NCBI GenBank assembly: GCA_964057225.1 | Contig: OZ059900.1 | Span: forward strand, 1,426,001 to 1,490,000 | Length of the DNA stretch: 64,000 bases | DNA from: Auanema rhodensis | Lineage: Eukaryota > Animalia > Nematoda | Direction: 5' to 3' | Part shown: positions 56,601 through 64,000 of the stretch, piece by piece | How the letters are laid out: every line of letters begins with the position of its first letter | Numbering within the stretch: position 1 is the stretch's first letter | Made by a program: the position numbers and the translations under genes | The notes under the pieces: generated by a model | The model's input: the letters and a program-made list of their open reading frames with translations, nothing else | Told to the model about the DNA's origin: nothing | Database searches by the model: none

Positions 56601-59600
56601 TCCAATTGGGCTAAATCGCTCATATATATGATCAAAAGCATAGTTTTACTGTCTATGATAACAAAAGTCTTCAAATATACACTAATAATGTGTAAATCAC
56701 TGAATTTCACTCAAATAGCTTTACTACACTAAGTATGGTCGTTTTTATGCCTTTAACACCATATACTCACCGATTTTTGGTACAAAATCTGTAATACTCG
56801 TAAATTTTGATCATATTCGTTAAGATTTGAGAATCAAACATACAATACACAAAATCAGTCTATTTTTATAAGCTTGCACTGATATATATTCATTTTGATC
56901 AAAAAAGGTCGAAAATAGAAAGAATTTTTGAAATTTCCGAGTTTTGAGTCTAATTTGGCTAAATCGCTCATATACATGATCAGAAGCATAGTTTCATTGT
57001 CTATGACAACAAAAGTCATCAATTTAACGCTAGTGATGTTTAAATACTGATTTTCGCTCAAATAGCATTGCTACACTAAGTATGGTCGTTTTTATGCCTT
57101 TAACACCATATACTCACCGAGTTTTGGTACAAAATCTGTGATACTCGTAAATTTTGATCATATTCGGTGAGATTCGAGGATCGAACACACAATACACGAA
57201 ATAAGTTTAATTTTACGAGTTTGCACTGATATTTATTCATTTTTATCAAAAAAGGTCGAAAATAGAAAGAATTTTTGAAATTTCCGAGTTTTGAGTCTAA
57301 TTTGGCTAAATCGCTCATATATATGATCAAAAGCATAGTTTTATTGTCTATGACAACAAAAGTCATCAATTAAACGCTAGTGATGTTTAAATCACTGAAT
57401 TTCACTCAAATAGCTTTACTACACTAAGTATGGTCGTTTTTATGCCTTTAACACCATATACTCACCGATTTTTGGTACAAAATCTGTAATACTCGTAAAC
57501 TTTGATCATATTCGTTAAGATTTGAGAATCAAACATACAATACACAAAATCAGTCTATTTTTATAAGCTTGCACTGATATATATTCATTTTGATCAAAAA
57601 AGGTTGAAAATAGAAAGAATTTTTGAAATTTCCGAGTTTTGAGTCTAATTTGGCTAAATCGCTCATATATATGATCAAAAGCATAGTTTTACTGTCTATG
57701 ATAACAAAAGTCTTCAAATATACACTAATAATGTGTAAATCACTGAATTTCACTCAAATAGCTTTACTACACTAAGTATGGTCGTTTTTATGCCTTTAAC
57801 ACCATATACTCACCGATTTTTGGTACAAAATCTGTAATACTCGTAAATTTTGATCATATTCGTTAAGATTTGAGAATCAAACATACAATACACAAAATCA
57901 GTCTATTTTTACGAGTTTGCACTGATATATATTCATTTTGATCAAAAAAGGTCGAAAATAGAAAGAATTTTTGAAATTTCCGAGTTTTGAGTCTAATTTG
58001 GCTAAATCGCTCATATATATGATCAAAAGCATAGTTTTATTGTCTATGACAACAAAAGTCGTCAATTAAACGCTAGTGATGTTTAAATACTGAATTTCGC
58101 TCAAATAGCATTACTACACTAAGTATGGTCGTTTTTATGCCTTTAACACCATATACTCACCGATTTTTGGTACAAAATCTGTAATACTCGTAAATTTTGA
58201 TCATATTCGTTAAGATTTGAGAATCAAACATACAATACACAAAATCAGTCTATTTTTATGAGCTTGCACTGATATATATTCATTTTGATCAAAAAAGGTC
58301 GAAAATAGAAAGAATTTTTGAAATTTACGAGTTTTGAGTCTAATTTGGCTAAATCGCTCATATATATGATCAGAAGCATAGTTTTATTGTCTATGACAAC
58401 AAAAGTCATTAGTTAAACACTAATGATGTTTAAATCACTAAATTTCGCTCAAATAGCATTACTACACTAAGTATGGTCGTTTTTATGCCTTTAACACCAT
58501 ATACTCACCGATTTTTGGTACAAAATCTGTAATACTTGTAAATTTTGATCATATTCGTTAAGATTCGAGAATCAAACACATAATACACGAAATAATTCTA
58601 TTTTTATGAGTTTGCACTGATATTTATTCATTTTGATCAAAAAAGGTCGAAAATAGAAAGAATTTTTGAATTTTCCGAGTTTTGAGTCCAATTGGGCTAA
58701 ATCGCTCATATATATGATCAAAAGCATAGTTTTACTGTCTATGATAACAAAAGTCTTCAAATATACACTAATAATGATTTAATCACTGAATTTCACTCAA
58801 ATAGCATTACTACACTAAGTATGGTCGTTTTTATGCCTTTAACACCATATACTCACCGATTTTTGGTACAAAATCTGTAATACTCGTAAATTTTGATCAT
58901 ATTCGTTAAGATTTGAGAATCAAACATACAATACACAAAATCAGTCTATTTTTATGAGCTTGCACTGATATATATTCATTTTGATCAAAAAAGGTCGAAA
59001 ATAGAAAGAATTTTTGAAATTTACGAGTTTTGAGTCTAATTTGGCTAAATCGCTCATATATATGATCAAAAGCATAGTTTTATTGTCTATGACAACAAAA
59101 GTCATTAGTTAAACACTAATGATGTTTAAATCACTAAATTTCGCTCAAATAGCATTAGTACACTAAGTATGGTCGTTTTTATGCCTTTAACACCATATAC
59201 TCACCGATTTTTGGTACAAAATCTGTAATACTTGTAAATTTTGATCATATTCGTTAAGATTCGAGAATCAAACACATAATACACGAAATAAGTCTATTTT
59301 TATGAGTTTGCACTGATATTTATTCATTTTGATCAAAAAAGGTCGAAAATAGAAAGAATTTTTGAAATTTCCGAGTTTTGAGTCCAATTGGGCTAAATCG
59401 CTCATATATATGATCAGAAGCATAGTTTTACTGTCTATGATAACAAAAGTCTTCAAATATACACTAATAATGTGTAAATCACTGAATTTCACTCAAATAG
59501 CTTTACTACACTAAGTATGGTCGTTTTTATGCCTTTAACACCATATACTCACCGATTTTTGGTACAAAATCTGTAATACTCGTAAATTTTGATCATATTC

Positions 59601-62600
59601 GTTAAGATTTGAGAATCAAACATACAATACACAAAATCAGTCTATTTTTATAAGCTTGCACTGATATATATTCATTTTGATCAAAAAAGGTCGAAAATAG
59701 AAAGAATTTTTGAAATTTCCGAGTTTTGAGTCTAATTTGGCTAAATCGCTCATATACATGATCAGAAGCATAGTTTCATTGTCTATGACAACAAAAGTCA
59801 TCAATTTAACGCTAGTGATGTTTAAATACTGATTTTCGCTCAAATAGCATTGCTACACTAAGTATGGTCGTTTTTATGCCTTTAACACCATATACTCACC
59901 GAGTTTTGGTACAAAATCTGTGATACTCGTAAATTTTGATCATATTCGGTGAGATTCGAGGATCGAACACACAATACACGAAATAAGTTTAATTTTACGA
60001 GTTTGCACTGATATTTATTCATTTTTATCAAAAAAGGTCGAAAATAGAAAGAATTTTTGAAATTTCCGAGTTTTGAGTCTAATTTGGCTAAATCGCTCAT
60101 ATATATGATCAAAAGCATAGTTTTATTGTCTATGACAACAAAAGTCATCAATTAAACGCTAGTGATGTTTAAATCACTGAATTTCACTCAAATAGCTTTA
60201 CTACACTAAGTATGGTCGTTTTTATGCCTTTAACACCATATACTCACCGATTTTTGGTACAAAATCTGTAATACTCGTAAACTTTGATCATATTCGTTAA
60301 GATTTGAGAATCAAACATACAATACACAAAATCAGTCTATTTTTATAAGCTTGCACTGATATATATTCATTTTGATCAAAAAAGGTTGAAAATAGAAAGA
60401 ATTTTTGAAATTTCCGAGTTTTGAGTCTAATTTGGCTAAATCGCTCATATATATGATCAAAAGCATAGTTTTACTGTCTATGATAACAAAAGTCTTCAAA
60501 TATACACTAATAATGTGTAAATCACTGAATTTCACTCAAATAGCTTTACTACACTAAGTATGGTCGTTTTTATGCCTTTAACACCATATACTCACCGATT
60601 TTTGGTACAAAATCTGTAATACTCGTAAATTTTGATCATATTCGTTAAGATTTGAGAATCAAACATACAATACACAAAATCAGTCTATTTTTACGAGTTT
60701 GCACTGATATATATTCATTTTGATCAAAAAAGGTCGAAAATAGAAAGAATTTTTGAAATTTCCGAGTTTTGAGTCTAATTTGGCTAAATCGCTCATATAT
60801 ATGATCAAAAGCATAGTTTTATTGTCTATGACAACAAAAGTCGTCAATTAAACGCTAGTGATGTTTAAATACTGAATTTCGCTCAAATAGCATTACTACA
60901 CTAAGTATGGTCGTTTTTATGCCTTTAACACCATATACTCACCGATTTTTGGTACAAAATCTGTAATACTCGTAAATTTTGATCATATTCGTTAAGATTT
61001 GAGAATCAAACATACAATACACAAAATCAGTCTATTTTTATGAGCTTGCACTGATATATATTCATTTTGATCAAAAAAGGTCGAAAATAGAAAGAATTTT
61101 TGAAATTTACGAGTTTTGAGTCTAATTTGGCTAAATCGCTCATATATATGATCAGAAGCATAGTTTTATTGTCTATGACAACAAAAGTCATTAGTTAAAC
61201 ACTAATGATGTTTAAATCACTAAATTTCGCTCAAATAGCATTACTACACTAAGTATGGTCGTTTTTATGCCTTTAACACCATATACTCACCGATTTTTGG
61301 TACAAAATCTGTAATACTTGTAAATTTTGATCATATTCGTTAAGATTCGAGAATCAAACACATAATACACGAAATAATTCTATTTTTATGAGTTTGCACT
61401 GATATTTATTCATTTTGATCAAAAAAGGTCGAAAATAGAAAGAATTTTTGAAATTTCCGAGTTTTGAGTCTAATTTGGCTAAATCGCTCATATATATGAT
61501 CAAAAGCATAGTTTTATTGTCTATGACAACAAAAGTCATCAATTAAACGCTAGTGATGTTTAAATCACTGAATTTCACTCAAATAGCTTTACTACACTAA
61601 GTATGGTCGTTTTTATGCCTTTAACACCATATACTCACCGATTTTTGGTACAAAATCTGTAATACTCGTAAACTTTGATCATATTCGTTAAGATTTGAGA
61701 ATCAAACATACAATACACAAAATCAGTCTATTTTTATAAGCTTGCACTGATATATATTCATTTTGATCAAAAAAGGTTGAAAATAGAAAGAATTTTTGAA
61801 ATTTCCGAGTTTTGAGTCTAATTTGGCTAAATCGCTCATATATATGATCAAAAGCATAGTTTTACTGTCTATGATAACAAAAGTCTTCAAATATACACTA
61901 ATAATGTGTAAATCACTGAATTTCACTCAAATAGCTTTACTACACTAAGTATGGTCGTTTTTATGCCTTTAACACCATATACTCACCGATTTTTGGTACA
62001 AAATCTGTAATACTCGTAAATTTTGATCATATTCGTTAAGATTTGAGAATCAAACATACAATACACAAAATCAGTCTATTTTTACGAGTTTGCACTGATA
62101 TATATTCATTTTGATCAAAAAAGGTCGAAAATAGAAAGAATTTTTGAAATTTCCGAGTTTTGAGTCTAATTTGGCTAAATCGCTCATATATATGATCAAA
62201 AGCATAGTTTTATTGTCTATGACAACAAAAGTCGTCAATTAAACGCTAGTGATGTTTAAATACTGAATTTCGCTCAAATAGCATTACTACACTAAGTATG
62301 GTCGTTTTTATGCCTTTAACACCATATACTCACCGATTTTTGGTACAAAATCTGTAATACTCGTAAATTTTGATCATATTCGTTAAGATTTGAGAATCAA
62401 ACATACAATACACAAAATCAGTCTATTTTTATGAGCTTGCACTGATATATATTCATTTTGATCAAAAAAGGTCGAAAATAGAAAGAATTTTTGAAATTTA
62501 CGAGTTTTGAGTCTAATTTGGCTAAATCGCTCATATATATGATCAGAAGCATAGTTTTATTGTCTATGACAACAAAAGTCATTAGTTAAACACTAATGAT

Positions 62601-63050
62601 GTTTAAATCACTAAATTTCGCTCAAATAGCATTACTACACTAAGTATGGTCGTTTTTATGCCTTTAACACCATATACTCACCGATTTTTGGTACAAAATC
62701 TGTAATACTTGTAAATTTTGATCATATTCGTTAAGATTCGAGAATCAAACACATAATACACGAAATAATTCTATTTTTATGAGTTTGCACTGATATTTAT
62801 TCATTTTGATCAAAAAAGGTCGAAAATAGAAAGAATTTTTGAATTTTCCGAGTTTTGAGTCCAATTGGGCTAAATCGCTCATATATATGATCAAAAGCAT
62901 AGTTTTACTGTCTATGATAACAAAAGTCTTCAAATATACACTAATAATGATTTAATCACTGAATTTCACTCAAATAGCATTACTACACTAAGTATGGTCG
63001 TTTTTATGCCTTTAACACCATATACTCACCGATTTTTGGTACAAAATCTG
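56020..63050. repeat. 8-mer duplication (2782 bp) whose second copy contains a nested 4-mer duplication (1391 bp)
   Basis: ORFs 56486/59268, 56855/59637, 57100/59882 and 57550/60332 at offset 2782. 60332/61723 at offset 1391. 58572/62745 are identical at offset 4173 (2782+1391). Confidence 0.88.
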
Positions 63051-64000
63051 TGATACTCGTAAATTTTGATCATATTGGGTGAGATTCGAGAATCAAACAC
63101 ACAATACACGAAATAAGTTTATTTTTACGAGTTTGCACTGATATTTATTCATTTTGATCAAAAAAGGTCGAAAATAGAAAGAATTTTTGAAATTTCCGAG
63201 TTTTGAGTCTAATTTGGCTAAATCGCTCATATATATGATCAAAAGCATAGTTTTACTGTCTATGATAACAAAAGTCTTCAAATATACACTAATAATGTGT
63301 AAATCACTGAATTTCACTCAAATAGCATTACTACACTAAGTATGGTCGTTTTTATGCCTTTAACACCATATACTCACCGATTTTTGGTACAAAATCTGTG
63401 ATACTCGTAAATTTTGATTATATTCGGTGAGATTCGAGAATAAAACACACAATACACGAAATAAGTTTATTTTTACGAGTTTGCACTGATATTTATTCAT
63501 TTTGATCAAAAAAGGTCGAAAATAGAAAGAATTTTTGAAATTTCCGAGTTTTGAGTCTAATTTGGCTAAATCGCTCATATATATGATCAGAAGCATAGTT
63601 TTATTGTCTATGACAACGAAAGTCATTAATTAAACACTAATGATGTTTAAATCACTAAATTTCGCTCAAATAGCATTACTACACTAAGTATGGTCGTTTT
63701 TATGCCTTTAACACCATATACTCACCGATTTTTGGTACAAAATCTGTAATACTCGTAAATTTTGATCATATTCGTTAAGATTTGAGAATCAAACATACAA
63801 TACACAAAATCAGTCTATTTTTATGAGCTTGCACTGATATATATTCATTTTGATCAAAAAAGGTCAAAAATAGAAAGAATTTTTGAAATTTACGAGTTTT
63901 GAGTCTAATTTGGCTAAATCGCTCATATATATGATCAGAAGCATAGTTTTATTGTCTATGACAACGAAAGTCATTAATTAAACACTAATGATGTTTAAAT

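Larger units (their letters stand above)
1..64000. repeat. AT-rich tandem satellite DNA array, 347/348-bp monomer, about 184 head-to-tail copies, running off both window edges
   Basis: The anchor aagtatggtcg recurs at 74, 421, 769, 1116, 1464 and onward (steps of 347/348) to the end of the window. ORF-track coordinates are offset by sums of 347/348. About 28% GC. No interrupting sequence seen. Confidence 0.99.

Noticed and set aside
545-63626. More than 100 near-identical 61-101 aa minus-strand ORFs (MKFSDL.../MMTFVV...)
   Set aside because: They are one stop-poor frame of the satellite monomer. Starts are mostly GTG/TTG, the frame is truncated or shifted in many copies by the 347/348 indel and by stop SNPs, the composition (I/K/F/L/N-rich) just mirrors AT-richness, and no domain is recognisable. 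Not called as CDS.
2704-63866. Singleton SNPs (e.g. about 2704, 11923, 27824, 39446, 46064, 46576, 63078)
   Set aside because: These are consistent with ordinary recent mutation or consensus error. They are useful as mapping markers but not evidence of function.
1-64000. CRISPR-like or cassette array (constant box plus variable part)
   Set aside because: The variable parts are homologous alleles differing by SNPs, not unique spacers. The period of 347 bp is far too long, and there are no cas or integrase genes.
1-64000. Assignment to a known satellite (e.g. Drosophila 359-bp, primate alpha, or plant and beetle ~350-bp families)
   Set aside because: Only the length is similar. I cannot recognise sequence identity with any of them, so a database search is needed.
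1-64000. TATA-like, promoter-like and terminator-like motifs
   Set aside because: Expected by chance in 72% AT sequence, with no associated gene.

Overview
The whole 64 kb window is one uninterrupted, head-to-tail, single-orientation tandem satellite array. It holds about 184 monomers of 347-348 bp, is AT-rich (about 28% GC, hand-counted over 421-780), and contains no unique sequence, transposon insertion, inversion, RNA gene or credible protein-coding gene that I could see. Every ORF in the track is the same stop-poor minus-strand frame of the monomer, repeated. It looks like eukaryotic heterochromatic, possibly (peri)centromeric, satellite DNA; I cannot name the family or organism from sequence alone. 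The interest is in its internal structure. (1) The monomer appears to be an old dimer of about 169 + 178 bp subunits. (2) A/T tracts recur at roughly 10 bp phase and there are many short dyads. (3) Near-invariant boxes alternate with blocks of shared polymorphism, many of them CpG transitions. (4) There is no fixed higher-order repeat; instead there is a nested mosaic of 2-, 4-, 6-, 7- and 8-mer duplications on top of roughly 9-11 kb block duplications, with some crossover and gene-conversion tracts mappable to tens of bp. I found no evidence of a novel gene system.
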